A stretch of DNA of 64,000 nucleotides from Isurus oxyrinchus. Taxonomy: Eukaryota. Positions 1 to 13,618 of the stretch are shown one piece after another. Under the pieces are notes generated by a model that made no database searches, was not told the DNA's origin, and was given only the letters and a program-made list of their open reading frames with translations. Location of the stretch: NCBI GenBank assembly GCA_026770705.1, contig JANJGN010000038.1, positions 9,548,001-9,612,000 of the forward strand. The letters run 5' to 3'. Position numbers and translations under genes: made by a program. Within the stretch, counting starts at the first letter, position 1, and every line of letters begins with the position of its first letter.

Positions 1-123
1 CCAGCTGTGGTGCCAAATCCCAGCTCCTGCGCCATTCATTCTGATAGAGATGATACACAGGATTTCTGCGTGTTTTATTACGGAGGGTCATCCCAGCACT
101 TCACCAAGGTTATTAAATCACTG

Positions 124-195
124 CTCCTTCATCAGGAATCGAACCCACGCCCTGACTATGAAAGCACAGAATAGTAGCTATTGGGCCACCAGGGA
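124..195 (-). pseudogene. tRNA-Glu(TTC) pseudogene
   Basis: Reverse complement TCCCTGGTGGCCCAATAGC...CTTTCA...GGTTCGATTCC aligns to vertebrate tRNA-Glu with many substitutions. Confidence 0.7.
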
Positions 196-1390
196 AGGTG
201 CTCACAAGCCTCACAACCTGGGTAAGCCATGCTACCTGTGCCTTTTATTTTCATTTCAAACCTCTTTCATTAGAGACATGCTTCACCCTCAAATTGACAC
301 GTTTATATAAAACGCAACAACATCCATCGTCAGACAGTTCCGGGTTGTTATTGGGTCCTTAAGCGACAAAGAGAAAATAATCCAACTCTCCTGTTGCCCA
401 GCGGGTTCCAACAGCAGTGATTTTTTATCTGAAGATAAATGTAAAATATAATTTAACAACTGACCAACCATGTACCTACAAATCTATGAAGTTATTGGAT
501 TCAAATAGACCCGTTAATGATTCTCTCTTCCTCAGCTCCGCAGTGAGTGAGACAGGGAAAAGCAGCAACATTCCGGCCCTGCACTCTCCAATCACCCGCT
601 GCCAGCAAAAAGATACACTCACTTTCCTGAGTGTTTATTCTATGAAATGGTGAAGGGCGAATCTAAGACGCTTGTAAGATACTGTGCTCAGTTAATATCC
701 AACAACAAACAGGAACAAGGCAGTTTTCCTTTCACTTAAAAGGGCAAGTTTTGATAATGCTTCTGCATTAATAACTTATTTTGATAAAATGCATTTAATC
801 TGTTGAAACGTCACAAGGCGTCCCCCGTGAACATTATATAATAAAGTGTGACACCGAGCCTCATATTCGATCAGAATACTAAAAGCTCGGTCAAAGGGGG
901 AGGCTTTAAAAACTGTCTTAAAGGAGGAAAGTATCGATTTAATGTTCCAGCTAACAGCAATAGTTCTTCTCATTGGCGAAAGAAGTCTCCTGTGTTCAAC
1001 CTAAACAGACCAATTAGTAGGAGAAAGTTCTGTCTGGTGAAAAGATCGGGAATGAAAAAAAAAAGTGGAAAGTAACCTCTAAATGCCAAATGTCAAACCT
1101 TTCTGGTACTTTCTCTTATGTCTCATGACTGGGGATCGGCGCTTCCATTGGTCCACAGCGAATAGGGTGGAGGGTTTGGAAATTGAAAGTTACTCATGAG
1201 CAGCTTGTGGGACTATTTCACCTCACTGTCGAGTTCATGTTCCAGCTCACAGAAACCGTTGTTTTTATTGGCTGAAGAATTCGTTTGTGTTAAGGCTAAA
1301 CAGGCAGTTTTGTGGTGAAAGAGATCTGAACTGAAAAACAATAGGCAAAAGCAGCGTGGATAAGCCAAATCGAAAAGCATTTTGATCGAT

Positions 1391-1462
1391 TCCTTGGTTG
1401 TCTAGTGGTTAGGCTACGGCGCTTTCAGCACCACAGCCCGGGTTCGATTCCCAGTAAGGAAA
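1391..1462 (+). pseudogene. tRNA-Glu(TTC), degenerate
   Basis: Full-length match to tRNA-Glu with A and B boxes present, but acceptor and anticodon stem mismatches. Confidence 0.8.
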
Positions 1463-2458
1463 ATAAGGTTTGTTGAGCGTGGTTAATTTCTATTTGCGAA
1501 CAGCTGCACCAAGAGTTAAAAGCTTAGCCTCACAGCAAGAAATACCACGCTTCGAATAAGTCGCGAACAAACAGAAAAGAAGCAGGGCTGGTTGCAAGGC
1601 GAAATATCGGTGGGAGAAGGATGATTGTTACTGTCTCCTATTTGCACCGGCACAAATATCCCTTCTGATCAATCAACTCCGCTTTGAAAACAGCGCGCCG
1701 GGCCCAATGGGCTCTTTCTATGCTGTAATTATCTATAATGTTATGTTTCCCAACACCACCAACACTGCCTTTTTATAACCCACTCTAGATAAGTGCGCTT
1801 TCTTACCTTGTATTCGGCTCGTCTGAAACCAAAACACGGAGCAATTCAGCGAGTTTTCTTGTCATTTCCAGCACGAGATTAGTCACGAGACTAAATGAGC
1901 GACACATTAATGGTGCCGATCCTTCACTGGAGCTCACCGTGTGCAAAAAGCACTGTTATCATCAGCCTGTTCGGCACCTTCCTGCAGTACATCTGCTGAA
2001 CAAATATAAGCTTATCACAGCTCTGCTTTCTGCACATTGAAACCCAGTGTAAAAATGTGAACAATTTCAAAGCTGATTAACGTAGACAAGACTGGAAGGA
2101 GAGTGTGACTGTGGATAATCGGCACTGTGCACATTCCTGTAATCCGTACCTGGGGGAATCAGGAAGATGAGATCATGGTGTCTTTTTACTCTATGGTCTG
2201 CAAACCTATCGTCTTGTGTCTTACATTCCCACGAACTGACTGTGTCTGCATCAAGCAGCTAATTGACCCGGGAGTTGTAGGGGCAGAGGGAGCTGGAGGC
2301 GAGACAGTGACAGAAGCAGAAAGAAACGCGATATGAAAATGTTTTGAATTTGATGTCTGTCAGTTGGTGCCAGTGGTGAATGTCTGCCTTGCTGGTGCCA
2401 CTGAATGAGGTTGTGTGTTTTTTTTTGTTTTAGAGCAGCAAGATTGCAAATGACAACA

Positions 2459-2531
2459 GCCCCCAGCGTGGGGCTCCAACACATGACCCTGAAATTAAGC
2501 GTTTTATATTCTATTAACTGAGGTAGCCGGG
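2459..2531 (-). pseudogene. tRNA-Lys(CTT) pseudogene
   Basis: Reverse complement CCCGGCTACCTCAGT...CTTAATTTCAGGGTCATG...GGAGCCCCACGCTGGG. Confidence 0.75.
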
Positions 2532-3105
2532 AATGGGGGAAGGAATCCTTCATATCCCAACACATATGGCGACAGACGTGTTTTTTTCACCAGGAGCCTC
2601 AACTTGTTCTGAATCTGAGTGTAGAAGGGAGTCGACCTACAAAAGCCCCAAGGTTGCAATGCGTTCCTCTCAATCTCAGTAACATCGTTCACATCTTCCA
2701 CTTCTTAGTTAGACCTCCTGCCAAAAATTTCAAACTCTCTCTTTCATTTTTCATCCTCACGTTTTTCTCTAACGTTTTAACATGAAGTTGTACAACTAAT
2801 TTAAATAAAGTTAGTGATGGTAAAAATGTGTTCACCCCTCGGGGAACTGACTCACATTGACACACACAGAGGAACAGACACAAACATATGCACCGAGGGT
2901 GACAGAGGGCAATGGTTTGTCTCTAAGGAGAGGCAAATATTCATAAAGCAAGCATGACACCAAGTTTTATTCCAGTTCCAAGTTTCATGAGTGTTTTCGT
3001 GAACGAACAGAAATAGAAAAAAACCCAAGTGTTTGTATGGATTTTATTGCATTTAACCGATAATTAACTCTGTAGACACATTTTAAACCAGGAATAATGA
3101 CAAGT

Positions 3106-3158
3106 GGGAATCTCAATGGACTTGGGCTCCATCACCTAAATCAATCGACCACGACAAC
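3106..3158 (-). pseudogene. tRNA-Ser fragment
   Basis: 5' two-thirds of the GTAGTCGTGGCCGAG-type tRNA-Ser; T arm missing. Confidence 0.55.
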
Positions 3159-3839
3159 CGGCCCTGTGCACAGGTTAATGTCGATGGTATAAAATCATAA
3201 ATATCTACAGCAGAGGAAGACGACATTCTGCCCATCGTGACAATGCCAGCTGATGGCAAAAGGAATACAGCTAATTTGATAACCCCACATTTTCTCTACT
3301 ACAATTCAAATTGATATTGTCTCTCCTCGTTCTTCCTGTTAAAATGAAGAATGACAGGCATTTATTTTGACAGTGAGCTGGCACCTTTTGCATCATTCAC
3401 GTTTGTAGTTGTATGTTAAGTGAATGTAATATATCTCAGTCACATTACATTTCCTATTCACCACTTCACAGGATAAACCCTCAGCAAAGTGAGAAAATCT
3501 TTCAGCTGGCAGCGGGTGATTGGAGAGTGGGGGGCCGGAATATTGCTACTTTTCTGCTTTTCCCTGTCTCACTCTCTGTGGAGCCGAGAAAGAGAGAATC
3601 ATTGACGGGTTTGTTTGAATCCAATAATTTCACAGGTGTCTATTGAGTTTGGTGTAATTATATAGTCGTTTATTGTTTTTTATTGTGTTTGAAATGAACA
3701 TTCAAAACAAAAACATCGGTGTGGGAACACACTGGTTAAGGGTAAAGTTTGCGGAATAATTCCTTGCAGCTCAAGTAGCCAATGAGAGCCCGGAACTGTG
3801 TGACAATGAAAGCTGATAGGGAGAAAAAAGTGATATCTT

Positions 3840-3913
3840 GGTCCCTGGGTGGTTTTGAACCATCAACTTTTTGCTTAACAGTTGAATGTGATAAACAATT
3901 GCGCCACAGAGAC
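3840..3913 (-). pseudogene. tRNA-Asn(GTT) pseudogene
   Basis: GTCTCTGTGGCGCAATT...CTGTTAA...CCACCCAGGGAC on the minus strand, with multiple substitutions relative to the intact copy at 14877. Confidence 0.85.
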
Positions 3914-3996
3914 AGACGTAAGGCTGACTTGCCAACTTTCCTAAACCAGGGTGTCAGTGAATTTAAGCTTCAGATTGCTGCTACCGGGATGACAAT

Positions 3997-4134
3997 CCTA
4001 GTTCTGTTGAAGGGTCATGAGCACTCGAAACGTCAACTCTTTTCTTCTCCGCCGATGCTGCCAGACCTGCTGAGTTTTTCCAGGTAATTCTGTTTTTGTT
4101 TTGGATTTCCAGCATCCGCAGTTTTTTTGTTTTT
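3997..4134 (+). mobile_element. Short Penelope-like terminal fragment with hammerhead motif
   Basis: Matches 3' ends of the longer PLE copies. Flanked by an 8-bp TSD ATGACAAT (3989-3996 and 4135-4142); the empty site is seen in the paralogous flank near 14810. Confidence 0.85.
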
Positions 4135-5271
4135 ATGACAATTGTTCTCTTCACTTTTACTCTTCCAAAATAAAGGGAGGGACGTTCACTGTGGATACAT
4201 GGAAACAGTCTGATCTCACCCACTGCTGACACATCCATATCACCAGGAACGTGCTCTCCGACAACCGGTGCCGTCTTCTTTCCAGCCTTTCGGTGTCTTG
4301 TCTGTTACCAAGTATTCTGATTGTCCTGAAGCCGATGTTAGGTTTGAGTTCCTGATGTACAGTAACGAGAATCATTTCAATCTCTCAGGTTAGTTAATTT
4401 CACTGATAACTTCAGAGTCAATGTTCCAGCGTCTTAAAGAAGGGAAAGGTGCCTTGAATGTCTCTGGTCAGTCGAACAGATCACCCTTCATTCTCCTCTG
4501 ATTCTGGTTCCCAAAGAGTTTCTAAAGATTCAGAAAGCTGGAGACTGGGTTTTCTGTTTTGGTTCCTTCTCCATTTTCCCACCTGCCAACTGACAATATT
4601 TTCCAAATATTGAGGAGACAGAAAAGCCTTGAGACACAATTAGATCAGCCATGATCTTACTGAATGGCAGAGCAGGTTCAAAGGGCTGAATGGCCTCCTC
4701 CTGATCGTCATTCGTCCCTTCCTGTGTCACAGCCCGAATCACTCCTGACTTTAGCAAACTGCCTTCGGAATTAATGATCAGTTAAATGAAATAAAAACCA
4801 TTCAACTATTTCCGTGTTTCTTATTTCCGTTCCTCTGCAAACATTCACTAAATTTGCAAGCTGAAATGGAACAATAATTGGCCAAGTTGGTGACATCCTA
4901 GTTTTCTGGGTGTTTGTCACTCTCGGTGTAAAGATCTGTGTGTGTCAATGTGCTTCAGTTCCCCGAGAGTTTGAACACATTTTCAGCATCACAAGCTTTA
5001 TTCATATTGGTTGTGCAGTTTCATACTAAAATGTTACAGAGCCAATATCAAGATGAAAGATTGAAGAGGGGTTTGCAATGTTTGGAAGGAGGTGCAGCTA
5101 AGAAGTGGAAGATGTGAATGATGTTATTGATGATTGAGAGGAATGTATTGCAAACTTGGGGCTTTTGGAGGTCGATCACCTTTGAAATTCAGAACAAGCT
5201 GAGGCTTGAGGTCTATAACAGCAGTGATCTCCAAGGATGTTGGGATGTGCAATACTTCGCTCTTCTTACAT

Positions 5272-5344
5272 GCCTGGCGAGTTCAGTCGACAGCGTCTGA
5301 GATTCTTAATGCCAGGTTGTTGGGTTTGCGACCTGTGCTCGACG
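5272..5344 (+). pseudogene. tRNA-Lys(CTT) pseudogene
   Basis: GCCTGGCGAGTTCAGTCG...GAGATTCTTAAT; heavily diverged, with the same flank as the 2459 copy in inverted orientation. Confidence 0.6.
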
Positions 5345-5619
5345 AAATTCCCTTTTTAAACTTTGCTGCTTTCATGGGTGATCCCCACGTCTCCATTCCT
5401 CCGGCAGTGTCACCGCTCAAACCGAATCTTTCTCCATCCTGCTTTGTTAATATCACAGCTTCTGGTTTCTGAGTGAAAACTGCTCTCTGCGTCATTGAAA
5501 GTCAGAGTATTTAATTCTGAGCATTTGGTGCTTTCACCGCTGCAGCTGAGGTTTAATTCCCCTACAGGAAAAAAACCTTTTCCTTTCCGTTGTGTGAACT
5601 ATCACAATGAACAGGAATT

Positions 5620-5860
5620 CCTTATTGAATGAAACCAGGTCTGGCAGCGTCTGTGGAGTGAGAAACAGAGATAATCTTCCAGCTGGATGATCTTTCATCA
5701 GAGCTGGAAAAGTCAGAGATGTAACAGGTGGAAAACAAATCCAGAGGCGGGAGGGAGGGGAGTGAAAGGACAAAAGGGAAGGACTGTGATAGGTTACAAG
5801 GCATGAGAGAAAAACTGACTAAAGGATGATGGTGTAAAATGTGGGTGGGAATGGGACAGA
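5620..5860 (-). mobile_element. Old Penelope-like terminal repeat fragment
   Basis: CAGGTCTGGCAGCGTCTGTGGAG motif and a CTGATGA core on the minus strand. Confidence 0.6.
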
Positions 5861-6925
5861 TTTTTCTTCCTGCCGTTCAAACTGGGACAAATATCACTGA
5901 TCAACCAATCACAACTGCTCTTTCAAAGCAGCGCGCCGGGCCGAATGGCCTCTTTCTGTGCTGTAATTTTCTATAATTATTTCATTTCTATCCTCACTGC
6001 TGTTGCCTTCACAGTCATTCCATCATCTTACAACCCATTCCAGTAAAATCCACCTTCTTCCCTTGTGTTCAGCACCTTTAAGATCATGGGACTGAATAAA
6101 TTCAGTGGGAAATTTCCTTCTCATTTAGCACGAGATTTGGAAACAGGTCTGGGAAATATTTGTGTCATTGCAAACAATACAATCTCCACTATCACCTCTA
6201 CATTTTCCCATGCACCACAATTTCTATGGTCACTGCTTTTCAGCCTATCACAGCCCTTCTCTGATTCCCTACCTTCACCTCTGTGTTTGTTCCCGACCTG
6301 TTGCACAGGTGACATTTCCGGCTCTGATGCAAAACTCCAGCTCTCACTCCACTGATTCAGGCGGAGCTGATATGCGTTTTCAGTTTTCAGTCAGGAAGTA
6401 ATGCACATTTATTTTAATCATTCGCATGACATTTATAAGCGCCAAATCCTAACCACTAGACCCCAAGGCTTGCAACTTCTCAGCCCGGCTTATCCATGCT
6501 ACCTGTGCATTTTATTTTCATTTCACATCTCTTTCACTAGAGGCACTTTTCTCCCACAAAATGACACGTTTATGTCGAACACAAACGACTTCTTCAGCCA
6601 ATGACAACAGCGATTGTTGTTAGCTGGAGCAGTATTCATTGGCTCACAGTCCCACGTTGTCATTGGGTCCTTAAGCGACTAAAGAGAACAGAAATCGCCA
6701 ACTGTCCTGTTACCCGGTGAGTTCCAATATTCAATTTATTGAATATTCATTTTGAATATTCCCCACTCACCGGTTGAAGGATATCCTCACTTTGCTGTGT
6801 CCACTTTGTGAAAAGACGAAGAGTAAGTGCAATCCGAATGTGAGATTCTGCATTCAGCTAATATTCAACAACAAGCAGGGAACAAAGCAACTTTCCCTCT
6901 CCCCTAATTGAACAATTTTCAATAA

Positions 6926-6998
6926 TGTTTTTACCCAGTTTTGAACCGAGGACCTTTCGTGTGCAAGGCAAATGTGATAACCACTACGCTACAGAAAC
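6926..6998 (-). pseudogene. tRNA-Val pseudogene (anticodon position reads TGC)
   Basis: Reverse complement GTTTCTGTAGCGTAGTGGTTATCAC...GAAAGGTCCTCGGTTCAAAACTGGG. Confidence 0.8.
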
Positions 6999-7663
6999 GT
7001 CACGCACCAGTGTCAAGTGCACCTGACTACAATGCAGTTCCACAGCAGCACTTTGGGTCTTTGTTTTGAAGAAATGGAATTCGACTGTTCTCATCAGGAA
7101 TGCTGGAGACAGACTGATCAACAATGTCATCATCAAATGGCACAGCGTGTTGGAGAGTTATTAGATCATCGCAGCTTCTTTTTTAAAGAGCAATCAATTA
7201 GTCTCAACATTCCTCTCTCTTTCCATAAGCCTCAATTTCTCTATTTCAACTAACTGTCTAATTCACTTTTGAAGAATAAGTTTCTGCACAATCCATGCAC
7301 AGTTTCCCTGACCCAGTGACATGGAGATTTGGACTTGGGTTCCTTCCAGTCCCTCGAGGAGTTGATCCTAATTCCAGCGCTGCCACAGTTTGAGTCACAT
7401 TCCCACTTTTGCACACTTTAGGAATTCCTTTTCGGAGAACAAGAGGGAGATCTAGTTTAATACAGGGCGGGTTGTGGTCCTTTGTTTTGTTTGGAAAAGC
7501 ACGGAAAGGCAATAGAAATATAAATTGTTGTGGGGGTAAAGGCAGGTGTGTGGAATCGGTAGAGCTACTCTTCCAGAGAGCCAGCACAGACACGACGAGC
7601 CGATTGACTTATTTCACAGTCACCTCTGATTTGATAAGGACACATTTGAGCTCGCGAGCAGCT

Positions 7664-7745
7664 GTTAGTCGAGCTGAATGTTTAAGGTGACGGATTTGAA
7701 ATCCATTGGGGTCTCCCCCTGTAGGTTTGAATCCTGCTGACTACA
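7664..7745 (+). pseudogene. tRNA-Ser(TGA) pseudogene
   Basis: TTAAGGTGACGGATTTGAAATCCATTGGGGTCTCCCC...GAATCCTGCTGACTACA. Confidence 0.75.
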
Positions 7746-8000
7746 GTTCACATTCTTGCTCATTTTAACCAATTGCCACCAACCTCATCCGTGCGGCTAC
7801 TGTGAAACTGACAAGGTGGCACATGGCAGAAATTCATCTCTGAAAGTAACTGACACACATCAAATTCATGTCGCGTCTTTTAACTTCCTGTTCTCCATCT
7901 CAGACATTTTCACGTCTCTCAAATGTCACCCACCTGGGACTTAGCATCTACCTCAGTCTGTTGAATATGGTCGCTTTCCTGTGTGGTCTTGTTAGCTGGT

Positions 8001-8073
8001 GGCTCCATAGCTCAGTGGTTGGAGCACTGCTCTTATACATCAGTGGCTGTAAGTTCAACCTTCACTAAAGCCT
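8001..8073 (+). pseudogene. tRNA-Thr(TGT)-derived pseudogene
   Basis: GGCTCCATAGCTCAGTGGTTGGAGCACTG 5' half; 3' half decayed. Confidence 0.7.
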
Positions 8074-8144
8074 TTCATTAACCTTTAACTGAGAATATGA
8101 AGTTATGTGGAAAGCTGAAAAACCGAATATTGATATATAAGAAG

Positions 8145-9455
8145 AAAATGCAAAGTACTGTGGTGAAGCATTTTGCTTTTAAGTTAAAGTACTGTGGATG
8201 CTGGAAATCTGAAGTACAAACTCAGCATCCGACAGCATCTGTGGAGAGAGAAACAGAGTCAACGTCTCGAGTCTGTGTGATCTTCTTCAGAGCTAAAGAG
8301 AAGCAGAAATGTTTACTGTTTTATACTGTTTACGAGGGCGTGTGGTGGAGCAGTTGGGGAAGTCAGGAGGAATTGGCAAAGATATTATGAGCACAAGACA
8401 AAGGGAGTGTTAATGGTAGCGGTAAGGGCTAAAAATGGTGCTGATAATTGCTTAAAGGTAAGAAAGCAGAATGTGTGAATAGCAGAATAAGGATCAGCAC
8501 TTTGTGAAAGAACAACATAGAGCAATGACAGATGGCCCTTTAGGGGCCTCTCTCCTCACCTTCCAAGGGCCCAAACACTCCTTTCAGGTGAAGCAGCGCT
8601 TCACTTGCACCTCCAATTTGGTCCATTGCATTCACTGCTCCCAATGCGGTCTCCCCTACATTGGAGAGACCAAATGCAGACTGGCCAACCGCTTTGTGCA
8701 ACATCTTCAGTCTGTCTGCAAGCATGACCCAGACCACCCTGTCATTTGCCATTTCAACACTCCACCCTGCTGTCATGTGCACATGTCTGTCCTTGGCTTG
8801 CTGCATTGTTCCAGTGAAGCTCAGCACAAACTCGAGGAACAGCACCTCATCTTCCAACTAGGCACTTTATAGTCTTCCGGATGTAACATGAAGTTCAGCA
8901 GCTTCAGATCATGAAATCTCTCCTTCATTTTCACCCTTTTTAAAATCTCCTTATAAAAATGTATTTTATTAACTTATTTTTCATTCATTTATTCATTATT
9001 TCACCCCACCCCTTTTATTATCCCCTTTTCTATCTTTTTTCCCCAACTATCTCCCCCTCCCACATCCCACCCCCAAAAGGGCCAGCTGTTACTTGTTCCA
9101 TGTTGTTTTTTTCACAGAGCGCTGAACCTTGTTCTGCTATTCACATATCCTGCTTTCTTAGCTTTATGTCACTATCAGCACCTTCTTCAGCCCTTACCAC
9201 TACAATTATCACTCCCTTTGTCTTGTGTCCAGCGAATATTTGTCAGTCTCTCCTTAGCCCCCACTTATCACTGACCTTCTATCCAGAATCACCTGCTCCA
9301 CCCGTCCCGCCCTGCTTAAACAGGAGAATTTAAACAATTTCTACTTTTCTTCATCTCTGAAGAAGAGTTATACGGACTCGAAACGTTAACACTGTTTCCC
9401 TCTCCACCGAGTCTGTGAGACCTGTTGAGTTTTTCCAGGAATTTATGTTTTTGTA
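8145..9455 (+). mobile_element. Penelope-like element, 5'-truncated (GIY-YIG plus 3' terminus) with inverted 5' arm
   Basis: ORF 8504-8872 contains NLVHCIHCSQCGLPYIGETK (GIY-YIG). Inverted terminal copy at about 8190-8540; 12-bp TSD ATATATAAGAAG at 8133-8144 and 9456-9467. Confidence 0.9.
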
Positions 9456-9645
9456 ATATATAAGAAGCGACTGGACAACAAGATGGGAGATGGAGAAAAA
9501 TGTTGCAAAGACTGAAGTAACTCAGTCAGTCGTAGTAATTTTTAAAAAACAACAAAGCAGAACACGTTTGAAAAGGTGAGAAAGATGTGCTGATGTTCAA
9601 AGAGACTCAGCTGCACTTGTGCAAAGAACGTGGAAAGTTACATCC

Positions 9646-9708
9646 GTCCCTACGGCACAACTGATCAGCGTGTTCGACTAACTGAAAGTTTGATGGTTCT
9701 CAGGGCCG
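9646..9708 (+). pseudogene. tRNA-Asn remnant
   Basis: CAGCGTGTTCGACTAACTGAAAGTTTGATGGTTC resembles tRNA-Asn with deletions. Confidence 0.45.
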
Positions 9709-9799
9709 AAGGTTCCAATGTTTTTTCCTCCCATCAACATTCATTGCCGCACAGAATTGGGTTATCAAGAAATGTTTCCACAAATGTTGCCAGTTCTAC

Positions 9800-9873
9800 T
9801 TCTCCGCAGTGAATTTTGAACCAGAGAATCTTCCCCATGTACAGCAAATGTGATAACATTGGACTACAAAAAC
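9800..9873 (-). pseudogene. tRNA-Val remnant
   Basis: GCAAATGTGATAAC...ACTACAAAAAC parallels the 6926 copy and shares its upstream flank. Confidence 0.5.
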
Positions 9874-10419
9874 TACACGCAACTCCTTGCAGAACGACTT
9901 AGAATATTAAACTTTGCTATCTTATTGCAGTTCCGAACCTTGTTTTGTGGAAGTACAATTCGATTGAGAACCTGAGCCATGTGGTAGAGAAATTGATCGA
10001 ACATTAGAATCATGAGATGGCTCAGCACATAAGCAATTCATTCAACACCTCACACATGTACGAACAGCCTTACAGCAAATCCGTCCCCATCTTTCTCTCT
10101 TTTTGCCGAGCCATGCACTTTTCAGAATATTATTCAAAACCTGGAGAAGTATAAATGTCACTTTGTTTTGAGATGATGCATCCAGTTACTACTTAACAAC
10201 AAACGGGAACGATGCAATCTTTCCTCACACTTAATTCTGTTAATGCTTCCACCCCATTTTCGCACGGGGAACCTTCTTTGGTGAGAGACCATAATCCCTG
10301 TTACTCTACACAAACTCTGCAATGTTTCGGGAAACTTTCCGTGTGTGAGAGAGTGTGATCCCTATTACCCTACATGAACCCTGCAATTTGAAGAGCCCAA
10401 TTTAACACACAGAAGACAG

Positions 10420-11485
10420 ACAGTCGGGATTATTCAGATTGGAAAGATGTAACTGCTGGAGTGCCATAAAGATCAGTCTCAGGGAGTCAATTATTTACAA
10501 TCTATACTAATGACATGGAGGAGGGGGCAGAGTGTAATGTATCCAAATTTCCTGACGATATAAAAATAGGTGGGAGGTCAGGTTGTGATGAGGACTTGAA
10601 GAATCTTCAAGGGGATATAGATAAGTTGAGTCAGTGGGCAAAAGTTGGCAGATGGAGTGTAATGTAGGAAAGTTTGAGATCATACACATTATTAGAAGGA
10701 ATTGAAAGGCAGAATATTATTTAAATGGCGGAGAGTCCAAAAAAGTGCAGCACAGAGGGATCTGAGTGTTCCTATGCATGAAACAAAAAACACTTGGCAT
10801 GCAGATGCAGCAAGTAATTCAGAAGGCAAATGGAATTTTGGCCTGTTTTGCTCGTGCTTGGAGTTTAAAAATCGGGAAGTCTTGTTACCGCTGTACAGGG
10901 TGTTGGTGAGGCCGCACCTGGAGTCCTGTGTACAGTTTTGGTCCCCATATTTAAGGAAGCATTTTTGGCATTGCAGGCAGTTCAAAAGAGATTCACTAGC
11001 CTGATTCCTGGGATGAAGGAGTTGACTAATCAAGAACTGTGAAGCAAGTGAAGACTTTATTCATTAGAGTTTAGAATACTGAGGGGTGATCTTATTAAAA
11101 CGTGCAAGATTCCTAGGTGGTTGACAGGGTAGATGTTGAAAAGATGTTTCCACTAATGGGGGAACCTCCAGCGAGGGGACATAGTTACAGAATCGGAGGG
11201 CACTCATTTAAAACTGAGATGCGAAGGAATTTCTTCTCCCAGAGGGTAGTGTATGTTTGGAATTCTCTACCCAAGACAGTTGTGGAGGCTAGCTCACTGA
11301 GAGTATTTAAAGAGGAGTAGATAGATTTTTGAAATATCGGGGATTGAGGGCTATGAGGAGCTGGCAGGAAAGATCAGTTGAGACCTGGGGGAGAGTAGCC
11401 ATGATCTTATTGAATAGCGGAGTAGGCTGGAGGGGCCGAATGTCCGACTCCTGTTCCAATTTCTAATGTCCTTATGTTCTTATGA
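10420..11485 (+). mobile_element. CR1 LINE, 3' RT fragment and tail
   Basis: [20 protein letters not shown] and RRNFFSQRVV motifs; (TTCTTATG)-type tail. Confidence 0.9.
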
Positions 11486-11571
11486 AACGTGTCTCTGGTG
11501 AAAAAGGTCTGAAACAAAAGTAAAAGACACTGGTAGCATAGATAAGCCACTTGTGAAGCGTGTAAGCAGCT

Positions 11572-11643
11572 TTCTTGGTGGTCTAGTGGTCAGGATTCAA
11601 TACTTTCACTGCTGTGGTCCAGGTTTGATTCCTGGTCAGGGAA
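11572..11643 (+). pseudogene. tRNA-Glu(TTC) pseudogene
   Basis: TTCTTGGTGGTCTAGTGGTCAGGATTC...GGTTTGATTCCTGGTCAGGGAA with a CpG-decay pattern. Confidence 0.8.
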
Positions 11644-12401
11644 TGGAGATTTATTGACTTCGTGCAAACTGTTAAAATGAGTCTGACTTGTTTCTTGATT
11701 AAAAACAGAAGACTCTCATCTCTGCCAGAATCAGTGGAGTGAGAGCTGGAGTTCTGCCTCTGAGCTGGAAATATCACCCGTGCAACAGGTCGAGAACAAA
11801 TATAGAGGTGAAGATAGGGAATGTGAGAAGGTCTGTGATAGGTTGCAAAACCCTGACCAGAGAGATGTTCGTGCAAGGCAAAATATAGCGGGAATAAGGA
11901 AGGCTTTACTGTTTACACTGACACAAATATCTCTCAGATCTTGTTCCAAATCTCGTGTTAAGTGAGAAGAAAACTTTTCCCTGAATCTTCCCCCTTTTAG
12001 ATGCACCTCCTTCCAAACATTGCAAACTCCTCCTGCATCTTCCATCCTGATATTTTTCTCTGTGAAATTTGAAACTAATGTCAATAAGGTTTGTGATGGT
12101 AAAAATGTGTACATGCCCTTGGGGAACTGAACCACCTTGACACACACAGAGGAACAAACACAGACACATACACCGAGAGTGACAAAGGGCATGGGATTGT
12201 CTCGAAGGAGGTACAAACGCCCAGAAATCAAGCCTGACACCAACCTGGTTTCGTTTTTGTTCCATTTATCGCTGCAACTTTTGTGAACGTTTGCAGACGA
12301 ATAGAAATTAGAGAACGCTGGAGGTTTTAGATGTTTTTTATTCAGCTTATTCCGACAATTAATTGTGCAGGTACACTGTAAAATTCAGGAATGATAAGCA
12401 G

Positions 12402-12483
12402 CGTAATTAACAGGATCCCAGCCTACCTGTGGAGCTCCCAATGCATTCGAAACCTCTCACCTTAACCACTCAGTCACGAATCC
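12402..12483 (-). pseudogene. tRNA-Ser remnant
   Basis: CACCTTAACCACTCAGTCACG and CCCAATGCATT on the plus strand; flanks shared with other Ser copies. Confidence 0.55.
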
Positions 12484-13618
12484 AATCCCCAGATTTGCAT
12501 TAATGATGTTTGTAGAAAATCACAGGCGGCTACATCAGACGGTTATTCACCATGTCGTTTACATGCCGACTCTCTAGAAGAGCAACTCAATGACTGTAAT
12601 TCCAGATCCCGCCTTTTCCCCACAGCAACTGATATTTATATTGCCTCTCCTCGTTCTTCCTTTCAAAATAAAACACCGCACACTCCACTAGTGTGAGCTG
12701 GTATCTGTCAATCTGTTGGTTTGAAAGGGGCTGCTGCAGATCCCAAAAGGTGGGGAACCTGAACGCTTGGCAGCGGTAGAACTAGACCTCACAGTTCTGT
12801 AGATACGGGACCCTTAAATCCAGCGACTTAAACTGCTCGGCCACATTATCACGTTGCACATACCTGCTCATAATTCCCTTCACTGGTATTATCATCGAAA
12901 TAGAACAGAAGCAAAGGAGCAGTAATAGGTCATTGGTAAACTCGAACCAGCTCCACCAGTTAATCAGATCATCCTGCAATTTGTAACATACAGAAATCAT
13001 CTCCACTATTAACTTCATTATTTCAATGTTTCAAATAATGTGTTTTTTTTTCCTGTGGTGACTGTGCCTGTTTATTGAATGAAATTTTGGTAAAAGATAT
13101 CCACTGAGGAAAATGAGGAGATGATTGGTCAGAATAGACATTTGTTTTCTGAAAATTCGATTTGAAATCAACTATTTTTAAAATTTGAATAATTGTAAAA
13201 GAATTCAGAGTCCAACCCTTCATCTCAATGAGTCAGGGAATCTTTGTTAACTTTCACACACTGTGTATGGACACTGCAGAAGCTCCTGCACCTCTTTCAA
13301 TATTGTTGTTCTTAACTCAGAGTTTTCAAAAGGGAATTGGACAATGATTTGAAAGGGAGAAAAAAAAATCAGAGTTATGGAAAGAGACAAAGAAATTGAG
13401 ATTAAGTCAAAAGCTCTTTGTGAAAAACTGACATCGATACTATGGGCCTCTTGTAGAGCTGTGCCTTTCGATGATGACATTATGGGATCAGTTTTCTCCA
13501 GCATTCCCAAAGAGAACAGCCGAAATCAATTTCTTCAAAATAAAGGCTCAAAGTGCTGCTGCATGACGTCACCGCTTAACATTTTAGTGAGGCCCATTGA
13601 GGTATTCTCCTGTCCCCT

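Noticed and set aside
6926-8073. Apparent anticodon switches (Val body with TGC, Thr body with TAT)
   Set aside because: Both genes carry many other stem-breaking substitutions
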